Shown one piece after another: positions 45,829-54,815 of a DNA stretch of 64,000 nucleotides. Positions within the stretch are counted from its first letter, which is position 1. Each line of letters begins with the position of its first letter. Both the position numbers and the translations under genes were made by a program. Under the pieces are notes generated by a model. The model had not been told where the DNA came from, did not search any database, and worked only from the letters and a program-made list of their open reading frames with translations. Where the stretch lies: assembly GCF_000164865.1 (NCBI RefSeq), contig NC_014618.1, positions 661,753 through 725,752 of the forward strand, read 5' to 3'. This DNA is from [Enterobacter] lignolyticus SCF1. Its GTDB lineage: Bacteria; Pseudomonadota; Gammaproteobacteria; Enterobacterales; Enterobacteriaceae.

Positions 45829-48744
45829 TTAAAACCCGCGCATCCCATTGATAAATGTTTCAATCACATCACGCACACGGTCATAGACACGTGCCCGCAC
45901 GTTTTTGCGTTCCAGAATCTTCGGCGTCCAGGTCAGCGTTTCTGCCACTTCATCCTCTCGCGGCATCACGTCGGTAAAGAGGTAGTTATCCAGTAAGCCG
46001 GTCAGTTTGATGGAGTCGAGTCGCTCTTCGCTGCACAGGGTAGCCAGCGCCTTACCTTTTTCCTGTTCGACATAGGCTTCAAACACCTGAGTGATATCTT
46101 CGTCATGCGAGGCATGCAGCAAACTTTTTTCAATAAAGTTATCGATAAGCTCACGTTTACTGCGCAGCGTGACGTCGCTGTCGACAATATCCATGATCTT
46201 TTTCTTCTGCTCCTGCTGCTCTTTTGGCGGCATCGCCTGAATGCCTGCCAGCAGACGCAGAATGTAGCCGACGTTAATTTCGTCGCGATGAATCAGCGAG
46301 ACTTCAAAATCCACGTCTTCAAGAATCGAGACTTTCTCTTTACTGGAGTGCTTTTTCACCTTGTCGTGAATATCGAGGTACTTACTGGTGAAATCCGCCA
46401 GCGTCTGGTCCGATAGCGGTTTAGCCGCATCGTCAAAATCGGCAAAGCTTTCGAGGATGTTTTTCAAACGCATCACATCGCGAAATGCTGTTACAAATGC
46501 CAGCTGTGCCTCTTCATCCGGTAAACCGTCCACGCTCTCCACCGTTGGCGTCAGCGCTAACAAACGATCTACAGCGTCCTGATAATCCCCAAAGTACTCG
46601 TCAAAGGGCTTCACCAGCACCACAGAAGAAGCATCTTTGTTCGAGAACAGGGCAATAGCATCGTCGGTCGCTTTCTTCAGATTACGAAAGCAGACAATAT
46701 TCCCGTGGCTTTTCTTTTCGTTAAGGATGCGGTTAGTGCGGGAAAACGCCTGTACCAGGCCGTGAAAACGCAGGTTTTTATCAACATACAGCGTGTTCAG
46801 CGCAGGGCTGTCGAAGCCGGTGAGGAACATATTCACTACCAGAAGAATATCGATGCCTTTCTCTTTGGTGCGCTGAGCAATATTTTTGTAGTAATTGTAG
46901 AAGCTCTTTGAATCATTGGCCGAGTAACTGGTGCCATACAGCTCGTTATAATCCTCAATAAAACTATCCAGATGATCGCGACTTGAGGTGTCAACTTTCG
47001 CCCCCTGCGGCAGGCTGATATCTTCTTCATCCAGCAGGCCGTTTACCGCCTCTTTATCACTTTTGTCCGCTTCATTGGCGGCGTAGGTGAAGATGGTGGC
47101 AATCTTTAACGGCTTGTAATTGGCATCCGCCGCTTGCAGTGCGGCCTGCTTTTCTTTAAAGAGTTTGTAGTAGGTGATCAGCATATCGACTGACCCGACG
47201 CAGAACATAGCGGTGAACTCGCGATTGCGAGTCTTGGCGTTATGATGAGCAAGGATATAGTCGGTGATTTTGCCCAACCGGATGTCGCTTTCCATTACCT
47301 CTTTGGTGTCGATATCTTCCACATCAATATCGATCTCATTGCTGCTCTCTTTGCGCTTGTACGTACCGACATATTCCACGGCAAAGCGCAGAACGTTTTC
47401 ATCCCGGATAGCGTCGACAATCACGTATTTATGCAGGCATTTATCGAACAACAGTTCGGTGGTCTGTTTGACACCGTTGGTGATATTGACGTTATTGGCA
47501 AAGATTGGCGTCCCGGTAAAACCAAACAGCTGAGCATTCTCGAAGAAATTCACGATCGCTTTATGCGTATCACCGAACTGGCTGCGGTGGCATTCATCGA
47601 AGATAAAGACGATGCGCTCTTTGCGCAGGTGTGCGAGCTGCGCTTTATACCCTTCATGGGTGATAGCGTTATTCAGCTTCTGAATAGTGGTCAGGGTCAG
47701 TTTGGTGCTGCTTTGCTTAAGATGTTTTATCAGCGTACTGGTGTTGTTGGTGGTATCCACGCTGTCTTTCGCAAAGCCGTTGAACTCTTTCGCCGTCTGA
47801 TAATCCAGATCCCGGCGATCGACCACAAAAATGACCCGATCCACTTCTGGCATTTCCATGATCACCTGACTGGCTTTGAACGAGGTCAGCGTTTTACCGG
47901 AGCCGGTGGTGTGCCAGATATAGCCGTTCTCCGGCCGTCCCTGCTTGTGGAGATTGTCCTTCACATGGTGGATCATCGCCTCACAGGCGTAAAACTGATA
48001 GGGGCGCATCACCATCAGGCACTTACGGGTTTCGTTCAGCACTGTGTAGTGAGTGATCATTTTGGCGATGTGACACACTTTCAGAAATGCGTCGGTGAAT
48101 TTCTCCAGCGCTTTGAGCGGATTATTCTTTTCATCGGTCCAGAAGAAGGTCTGCTCGAAATGGTTGGCGCGGTTGTTGGCGTAGTATTTGGTATCCACGC
48201 CGTTGCTGATAATAAAGATCTGCACATACTGGAACAGGCCGCTGCCGACCCAGAACGCATCGCGATGATAACGATTGATCTGATTAAAGGCTTCTTTCAG
48301 CCCCAGGCCGCGACGCTTAAGTTCGATCTGCACCAGCGGCAGTCCGTTGATCAGCAGCGTGACGTCGAAGCGAGTTTTGCGTGTGTTTTGCTCGGCGTTG
48401 AACTGCTTCACCTGACTCGTTACCTGAAACTCGTTCTGGCACCACTCCTCTTTATTGATAAAGCTGAGCCATTTCTCGGTGCCGTCATCTCGCAATAACT
48501 GGTAGCGATCGCGCAGGATCTTAGCGCGATCGATGACTTCATTGCCTTTGGTTAGATGCAAAAAAATACGGTTAAATTCGCTATCAGTTAGCGGAGCTTG
48601 CTCCAGCCGGTTGTGAATTTCGATCTGCTTTCGCAGGTTGGCTTTCATACTAGCTTCATCGGTGACATTCACCCGTTCATAGTGCATGCCCACCAGCTGC
48701 TCCACCAGCTGCGTTTCTAACTCGTATTCGCTTTGCGTTGCCAT
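45829..48744 (-). CDS. hsdR: Type I restriction enzyme R subunit (HsdR, type IC/EcoR124-like)
   Basis: It has a PD-(D/E)xK nuclease region, SF2 helicase motifs (TGSGKT, DECH, FTGTPI) and a type-IC-like helical C-terminus. The start is MATQSEYELE at 48744 (AAGG upstream), or 48810 if extended. Confidence 0.85.
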   Translation of the reverse strand: MATQSEYELETQLVEQLVGMHYERVNVTDEASMKANLRKQIEIHNRLEQAPLTDSEFNRIFLHLTKGNEVIDRAKILRDRYQLLRDDGTEKWLSFINKEEWCQNEFQVTSQVKQFNAEQNTRKTRFDVTLLINGLPLVQIELKRRGLGLKEAFNQINRYHRDAFWVGSGLFQYVQIFIISNGVDTKYYANNRANHFEQTFFWTDEKNNPLKALEKFTDAFLKVCHIAKMITHYTVLNETRKCLMVMRPYQFYACEAMIHHVKDNLHKQGRPENGYIWHTTGSGKTLTSFKASQVIMEMPEVDRVIFVVDRRDLDYQTAKEFNGFAKDSVDTTNNTSTLIKHLKQSSTKLTLTTIQKLNNAITHEGYKAQLAHLRKERIVFIFDECHRSQFGDTHKAIVNFFENAQLFGFTGTPIFANNVNITNGVKQTTELLFDKCLHKYVIVDAIRDENVLRFAVEYVGTYKRKESSNEIDIDVEDIDTKEVMESDIRLGKITDYILAHHNAKTRNREFTAMFCVGSVDMLITYYKLFKEKQAALQAADANYKPLKIATIFTYAANEADKSDKEAVNGLLDEEDISLPQGAKVDTSSRDHLDSFIEDYNELYGTSYSANDSKSFYNYYKNIAQRTKEKGIDILLVVNMFLTGFDSPALNTLYVDKNLRFHGLVQAFSRTNRILNEKKSHGNIVCFRNLKKATDDAIALFSNKDASSVVLVKPFDEYFGDYQDAVDRLLALTPTVESVDGLPDEEAQLAFVTAFRDVMRLKNILESFADFDDAAKPLSDQTLADFTSKYLDIHDKVKKHSSKEKVSILEDVDFEVSLIHRDEINVGYILRLLAGIQAMPPKEQQEQKKKIMDIVDSDVTLRSKRELIDNFIEKSLLHASHDEDITQVFEAYVEQEKGKALATLCSEERLDSIKLTGLLDNYLFTDVMPREDEVAETLTWTPKILERKNVRARVYDRVRDVIETFINGMRGF

Positions 48745-48802
48745 CAGTGTGTAGTGCCTTTTATTATTTTGTAGGCCCGGAGTTGGTCGGGCCGGATGAT
48801 TT

Positions 48803-49987
48803 TTATACAAACATTTGCTGGAGCAGGCCTTGCTTCCAGGTTTTCAACTTGTCCAGTTCTGCTTTTTTGACGGCGATTTTATCGTCAAGAGCAGAGAGGA
48901 AGTTGGCGATTTTGCTTTGTTCTTCCAGACATGGATAGAAAACAAATGTTGATGAAATGGTATCCCAATCAGCTCGTGGCATTTTAGAACCTGTTGATTT
49001 ATTAGCTAGATTAATAAAAAAATCAGTCTGAATAAATTGGTACAAATAAGAGTTGTTTATTAAAATCCCCTTGAAAACCCAAATTTCAGAAGAACATACG
49101 CCATCAAAAGTAGCTAATATGTATTTTCTGAGATACGGACGTAGTTTCCCGAAAAGAACATCTCCTTTTTTAAATACATTCTTTATGCTTTGCTGCTGTG
49201 TTGAATCCAACGTGGTTAATAACTGCCCATCCCTCTGCGAAATACAGTCCATTTCGATGCAAGGATAATTTATCCCACTTAGGGGATTGTATTTTTTACT
49301 TTTATTAGAGAATAAAGATGAGATTTCATCGTAATTCCACTCAGGAAACTCTTCCCCATTCTCATCTTTAAACCGTAATTCCTGATTAAAAATCTTCTGC
49401 ATCATGCCTTTTTTGTACTGGCATAGCAGGTCGTACTGCTGGTTCAGTAACGTGATTTTATCGTCAACCGAGGAAAGAAAATCAGCGATTTTGGTTTGTT
49501 CATCATATTGGCAAAGGGGGATTTTTATTTTCCCTATTTCTTTTAGGGATAAAAAAGGTTGGGCTCCACCAGAGGTTAGCTCATGAAATAATTTTTTAGC
49601 ATTTTTTCTTTGAACCTGAAGCAAATAAAAAGGATATATTTTGTTTTTATTAGGCTTTACCAATGCGACATTTTTCAAACTAAATTCGTAATCCACGGTA
49701 TTTAACGCACAAGTGCCCGTTCCAGCGCCAATATTAACGATTAAGAGATCATTTTTTTCTGGATTACATCTTTTATAAATAAATGAATGGGTTAACTTAT
49801 CAAGATAATAGCAATTTTTATAATCGATATAACCATCTTTAACATGGATTGCTGTTAAATAAGGAACCCCTTCACTCGTAGTATCCGGCGTATCGTGAGT
49901 ACCATCAGTAATCTTTGTCGCTAATTTCGACAATAGAGTCATCGTCCATTCTTCTTTAAACCCCCCAAACCGCAACTTCGGCACCAT
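48803..49987 (-). CDS. hsdS: Type I restriction-modification specificity subunit HsdS (two TRDs)
   Basis: 394 aa with the canonical HsdS N-terminus (MVPKLRFGGFKEEW), two variable TRDs and central and C-terminal conserved coiled-coil repeats (QTKIADFLSSVDDKI, QSKIANFLSALDDKI). Confidence 0.85.
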   Translation of the reverse strand: MVPKLRFGGFKEEWTMTLLSKLATKITDGTHDTPDTTSEGVPYLTAIHVKDGYIDYKNCYYLDKLTHSFIYKRCNPEKNDLLIVNIGAGTGTCALNTVDYEFSLKNVALVKPNKNKIYPFYLLQVQRKNAKKLFHELTSGGAQPFLSLKEIGKIKIPLCQYDEQTKIADFLSSVDDKITLLNQQYDLLCQYKKGMMQKIFNQELRFKDENGEEFPEWNYDEISSLFSNKSKKYNPLSGINYPCIEMDCISQRDGQLLTTLDSTQQQSIKNVFKKGDVLFGKLRPYLRKYILATFDGVCSSEIWVFKGILINNSYLYQFIQTDFFINLANKSTGSKMPRADWDTISSTFVFYPCLEEQSKIANFLSALDDKIAVKKAELDKLKTWKQGLLQQMFV

Positions 49988-51594
49988 TACTTATTCCCCT
50001 CCGCCAATGTAAACGGCGAATCAATCCCCAGCGCCTTGCAGAACCCGGCAATAGTCTTATCAATCTCCGCCACTTTCCCTTCCAGATCACGGATTTCCTG
50101 CGCCACGGCGTTGAGATCAATCTCTTCTTCCGCTTCAAAGGTATCGACATAGCGAGGAATATTTAGGTTGTAATCGTTGTTACGGATCTCTTCCAGCGTC
50201 GCGATATGGCTGTATTTCTCGAGTGCTTTCCAGTCGTTGTAGGTATCGGCGATTTTATCGATATGCTCGGGCAACAGTCGGTTCTGGGTTTTCACCTTCT
50301 CAAAATCGTTGCTGGCGTCGATAAACAGAATACTGTCGTTGTGCTTACGACACTTGCGCAGTACCAAGACGCAGGTCGGAATGCTGGTGCCGTAGAAGAT
50401 ATTGGCAGGCAGGCCGATCACCGCATCGATGCAGTTCAGCTTCTCAATCATAAACTGACGAATATGGCCTTCCGCTGCGCCACGGAATAGCACGCCGTGT
50501 GGCAGAACCACCGCCATGGTGCCGTCATCTTCCAGGTGATGGAACATATGCTGTACAAACGCCATATCAGCCTTGCTGGACGGTGCCAGTTTGCCGTACT
50601 GGGCAAAGCGGTCATCGTTCATAAATAGCGGACTAGCGCTCCACTTGGCGGAGAACGGTGGGTTGGCGACGATGGCGTCAAATTTCAGATGCGTATGCTG
50701 CGGGTGTTCCAGCGTATCTTCCTGAATGATTTCAAAATCGGCATAGTGAACCCCGTGCAGGATCATGTTCATACGCGCCAGGTTGTAGGTGGTACGGTTC
50801 ATTTCCTGACCGTAGATTTTACCCACCGATGAGGCTTCACGCTTCACGCGCAATAACAAAGAGCCAGAGCCACAGGTCGGGTCATACACATTTTTGAGCT
50901 TCAGCTTGTGAGTGGTGACGATTTTAGCCAGCAGAGTGGAAACCGGCTGTGGGGTATAAAATTCACCTGCTTTCTTACCTGCGCCTGAGGCGAACTGGCC
51001 GATCAGGTACTCGTAGGCATCCCCCAGAATGTCGGAACTGGCTTCGCTCAGGTTAAAGCTCAGTTTGTCGAGTTCAGTGACGACTTTGCCGATCAATTCG
51101 TTTTTCGCTTTCGCAGTATTACCAAGCTTGCTTGAGCCTAAATCGAGATCTTCAAACAGGTTGCTGAAGTCATCCGCAGAATCAGTGCCCAGCGTGCTCT
51201 GTTCAATGTTGCGTAGGGTAGTGGCGAGGTCTTCCAGAATAAAGCCAGTACCTGTGCCTTTGGGGTCTTTAGCCACACGTTCTGCCATGGTGTGGAACAA
51301 ATCCGTTGGCGGTAGGAAATAGCCTAAAGTTTGGATACTGTCCTCTTTTACCGCATCAACGATATCCTGATACGCCGGATGTTCCGCAGTCAGTTCATTG
51401 TACTGAATGCCATCTTCCGCCAGAATTTTGTTCGCATACGCGACAAATTTTTCTGACAGGTATTTGTAGAAGATAAAACCTAGGCAGTAGTCGCGGAATT
51501 CATCGGCATTCATTTTACCGCGCAGGGTATCGGCGATATTCCACAGGCGGCCTTGCAGTTCACTTAAATTTTGCGCTTCAATCTGGGGAGACAT
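49987..51594 (-). CDS. hsdM: Type I restriction-modification N6-adenine DNA methyltransferase HsdM
   Basis: 535 aa with the N-terminal HsdM_N domain (LWNIADTLRGKMNADEFRDY), an AdoMet motif (DPTCGSGSLL) and the catalytic NPPF (VANPPFS). Confidence 0.9.
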   Translation of the reverse strand: MSPQIEAQNLSELQGRLWNIADTLRGKMNADEFRDYCLGFIFYKYLSEKFVAYANKILAEDGIQYNELTAEHPAYQDIVDAVKEDSIQTLGYFLPPTDLFHTMAERVAKDPKGTGTGFILEDLATTLRNIEQSTLGTDSADDFSNLFEDLDLGSSKLGNTAKAKNELIGKVVTELDKLSFNLSEASSDILGDAYEYLIGQFASGAGKKAGEFYTPQPVSTLLAKIVTTHKLKLKNVYDPTCGSGSLLLRVKREASSVGKIYGQEMNRTTYNLARMNMILHGVHYADFEIIQEDTLEHPQHTHLKFDAIVANPPFSAKWSASPLFMNDDRFAQYGKLAPSSKADMAFVQHMFHHLEDDGTMAVVLPHGVLFRGAAEGHIRQFMIEKLNCIDAVIGLPANIFYGTSIPTCVLVLRKCRKHNDSILFIDASNDFEKVKTQNRLLPEHIDKIADTYNDWKALEKYSHIATLEEIRNNDYNLNIPRYVDTFEAEEEIDLNAVAQEIRDLEGKVAEIDKTIAGFCKALGIDSPFTLAEGNK

Positions 51595-51640
51595 AGTTCT
51601 TCCTGTTGTTTTTCTTCGTCACAAGGGATGACGTAATGAG

Positions 51641-52213
51641 TCAAATCATACCACTGAGCAGGCTCAGGATCTGTTGTTCACTCAGGGCAGCAATCTGCTG
51701 CTGATAAAAGCGTTTTTCTCGCGCCGCCAAATAGAGCCCTCCCATCGCTTTTTGCTGTGCGAGTGGCGGGAGGGAGACGGTAAAATTTTTCAGTTCATTA
51801 ACAGCGATACGCTGTACGACGGTAGAACCCTGTGTGGTCTGAATCCGCTGACGTCGTCCCTCCGGGCTTTCATTGAAATGCCAGAGGAACCACGCGGCAT
51901 CAATCCGGCTGGTATCCACATCCACTTTGACGTAGTTATTACCTAAGATACGCCCGGCATTTTCGGCACTCACACGAACAGCCTTGCCATGGATCAGGCT
52001 GATGACAACATCTCCTTTCTGCGTAATCACAACATCCTGATGTGTTTTAACCCACTGCTCTTTCTCCGCGGACACAAGACCTGACTGCCAGTCATCTACC
52101 AGAAACTGTTCGGTCGCATAGAAACGAAATGCGGGCCCATCTGCACTTTGCTGGATACGGCTGATGTGCGAGCCTGCCGTAAACGTAGCTATTTCCTTGT
52201 AGGTGAGCAGCAT
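51641..52213 (-). CDS. Solo/truncated HsdS-like protein (single TRD plus conserved helix) upstream of hsdM
   Basis: 190 aa: one TRD-like beta-rich domain followed by an HsdS-type conserved helix (LPPLAQQKAMGGLYLAAREKRFYQQQIAALSEQQ). It is half the size of a full HsdS. Confidence 0.5.
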   Translation of the reverse strand: MLLTYKEIATFTAGSHISRIQQSADGPAFRFYATEQFLVDDWQSGLVSAEKEQWVKTHQDVVITQKGDVVISLIHGKAVRVSAENAGRILGNNYVKVDVDTSRIDAAWFLWHFNESPEGRRQRIQTTQGSTVVQRIAVNELKNFTVSLPPLAQQKAMGGLYLAAREKRFYQQQIAALSEQQILSLLSGMI

Positions 52214-52493
52214 TCAAACTCCGAATAAAGATAAATTACATATGCTTTGTGCGGTGTAGCATACTCATGCTGAATAGATTAAATCAAGTAATTTAAATTT
52301 ATTACGCGTGCTCGTGATCAAATTTTTTCTGGTAAGAATAGCGTTATATAGTGCTCAGATATCAGGTTGAACACCAAAAAAATCATTCATAACTTCAAGT
52401 TTTAAAACATGAGAACCCTAAATGGCTTGCTGATGTTAAATGTTATTGAAATTAATGATTTTTATTGGCAAGGCAGTCTTTCATTAAAGGATA

Positions 52494-54815
52494 ATGAGAA
52501 TGCATTTGAGAAAGCTGGCAGTCCGTAATTTCAGAAGGCTGCACGATGTTGTTATCGATCTTGCGTCAGACATTTCAATTTTCGTAGGGGCGAATAACAG
52601 TGGTAAGACTTCTGTCGGTCATGCACTTCAACTATTCACCGGTAAAAGCCGATTCAATATTCATGACTTCAATGCTGAATGTTGGACTGACATTGTCACA
52701 TTTGGAGAAGGGGCGGATGCTGCGTCGCTACCTTCACTGGAACTTGATATTTGGTTTGAAGTAACACCGAATGATGTTCATCGTGTAGTCGATCTTCTCC
52801 CCAGCCTATCGTGGTCAGGTTCTCTGGTTGGAATGCGCGTTGCTTTTTCCCCCATCAATCCTGAAGAAATCCGTTCGCGCTTCCTCGCAGTACGTCAGCT
52901 TGCTATCGATGCCACACCTAAAGATGAAAATGGAACTCTCAAATACGATCCTTCACCTCGTAATCTTTGGGAATATCTTCGCGATAGACTCAATGACGAA
53001 TATGAACTCCGCTATTATGTTCTTGATCCCGCACATTTCAATGCGGAAATGATATCCGAGGAAGGCTATGAGCCTACTCCGCTCACAGGGCGTGATCGAA
53101 GTGGTCGCGAAATACTGAACAGCCTTATCCAAATCAACTTTTTGAATGCTCAGCGTCATCTTTCAGATGGTTCCGGAGGTTCCCGTTCGGAGGATCTTTC
53201 TCGTGTTCTCAGCCGTTTTTACGGACGAAATCTTGAACAAAAAGGTGAAGATTACGAAGCATTAATTGCTTTAGCTGCGTCTGAATCAGCTTTCAATCAG
53301 CATCTTGAACGCGTTTTTGCACCTACGCTGAAAAGTCTGGCGAAACTCGGATACCCTGGACTTTCAAACCCACGCATGATGATTCGTTCGGCCTTAGATC
53401 CGGCGCAGATCATGAACAACCAAAATGGGGCCGTAATACATTACGCGCTGGGGGAGGATGACGGTAATCCTACCCCACCAACACTACCCGATAGTTATAA
53501 CGGGCTTGGATTTAAGAATCTGATCTTTATGGTTGTTGAATTACTCGACATCCACAACCAATGGTTAGCAATAGAAGAGAATCGACCACCGGTTCACCTG
53601 ATTTTTATTGAAGAGCCAGAAGCTCATCTCCACGCACAGTTACAGCAGGCTTTTATACGCAAGATAATGGACCTTCTTGCCATGGAGAGTCAGGAGCTTA
53701 TGCACTACACCACTCAAGTGGTGGTGACTTCTCATTCAACTCATATTCTTTACGAACGTGGTTTTCGGCCGATCCGTTACTTTCGGCGGAAGCGTTCATC
53801 AAATATGTCGGCAACAGATGTGCTCAATCTCTCTGTTTTTTATGATAATACTGATCCTGAAATTCGAGATTTTCTTGAGCGTTACTTGAAGCTGACCCAT
53901 TGTGATTTGTTTTTTGCCGACGGGGCTGTACTTGTAGAAGGCAATGTTGAGCGGCTACTGCTCCCGCAAATGATTGCTACCGCCGCACCTAGATTAAAAT
54001 CCTCTTACCTAACAGTCCTTGAGATTGGCGGTGCTTTTGGCTATCGATTCCAAAAACTAATTGAATATCTTGGGCTTACTACACTCATTATTACTGATCT
54101 GGATAGTGTGTACTGTACCCCTCCGGAACAGGATGCAACAGAAGCTCGAGCAGATGAGTTAGATGGTCTTGCAGAAAATCCGGCTGCAAATGATGATGGC
54201 GAGGAACCTGATGATGATGAGGAAGAACAGGCCAACACAGAAACACCAGGAAAGGCTTGTATTGCCAGTCATCCTGGAGCTATGACCTCTAATCAAACAC
54301 TTCGGCAGTGGTTACCGAAATGTGACACCGTTGTCGCTTTATGGGAAGCAACTGAGGAAATGAAAATACAAAGCCGCACAGCTGAGTGTGACGCTTTGGT
54401 TCGTGTTGCTTACCAGTGCCAGACAGATGTTACATGGAAAGAGGAAACACTGGCACTTGCTGGTCGTACTTTAGAGGAAGCTTTTGCACTTGAAAACCTG
54501 TCTTGGTGTCAGGATGTGAGCTGTAAGCCACTCAAGCTACGCATTGCCAGAGCTGTAAGTATGGACCTACTGCAACTGGCCCAGCGCATTCACAAACGCG
54601 TGCAATCAAAAAGCTTCAGTAAAACTGATTTTGCTCTGAATTTACTTCTTAAAAAACCGGATGAATGGTCTGTCCCAACATACATTGCTGAAGGATTAAA
54701 ATGGCTCGAAGCTGAAATAGCCCCGCCGGAACTAGAAGTTGCAGAAGGTCAGGAAGAGAATGTTCAGGATATGTCCGTCGCTCTGGCTGAAACTGATGGT
54801 GGGAGGGTTGCATGA
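52494..54815 (+). CDS. OLD-family ATP-dependent nuclease (ABC-ATPase N-domain plus TOPRIM; Gabija GajA-like/class 2 OLD)
   Basis: 773 aa. It carries a Walker A (FVGANNSGKTSVG), ABC signature and Walker B region (LIFIEEPEAHLH), a C-terminal TOPRIM-like acidic motif (DGAVLVEGNVERLLL) and an acidic low-complexity insert (DDGEEPDDDEEEQ). Confidence 0.65.
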   Translation: MRMHLRKLAVRNFRRLHDVVIDLASDISIFVGANNSGKTSVGHALQLFTGKSRFNIHDFNAECWTDIVTFGEGADAASLPSLELDIWFEVTPNDVHRVVDLLPSLSWSGSLVGMRVAFSPINPEEIRSRFLAVRQLAIDATPKDENGTLKYDPSPRNLWEYLRDRLNDEYELRYYVLDPAHFNAEMISEEGYEPTPLTGRDRSGREILNSLIQINFLNAQRHLSDGSGGSRSEDLSRVLSRFYGRNLEQKGEDYEALIALAASESAFNQHLERVFAPTLKSLAKLGYPGLSNPRMMIRSALDPAQIMNNQNGAVIHYALGEDDGNPTPPTLPDSYNGLGFKNLIFMVVELLDIHNQWLAIEENRPPVHLIFIEEPEAHLHAQLQQAFIRKIMDLLAMESQELMHYTTQVVVTSHSTHILYERGFRPIRYFRRKRSSNMSATDVLNLSVFYDNTDPEIRDFLERYLKLTHCDLFFADGAVLVEGNVERLLLPQMIATAAPRLKSSYLTVLEIGGAFGYRFQKLIEYLGLTTLIITDLDSVYCTPPEQDATEARADELDGLAENPAANDDGEEPDDDEEEQANTETPGKACIASHPGAMTSNQTLRQWLPKCDTVVALWEATEEMKIQSRTAECDALVRVAYQCQTDVTWKEETLALAGRTLEEAFALENLSWCQDVSCKPLKLRIARAVSMDLLQLAQRIHKRVQSKSFSKTDFALNLLLKKPDEWSVPTYIAEGLKWLEAEIAPPELEVAEGQEENVQDMSVALAETDGGRVA

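Noticed and set aside
47242-48498. 418-aa plus-strand ORF inside hsdR
   Set aside because: It is antisense to the conserved HsdR helicase region and has no motifs or start context.
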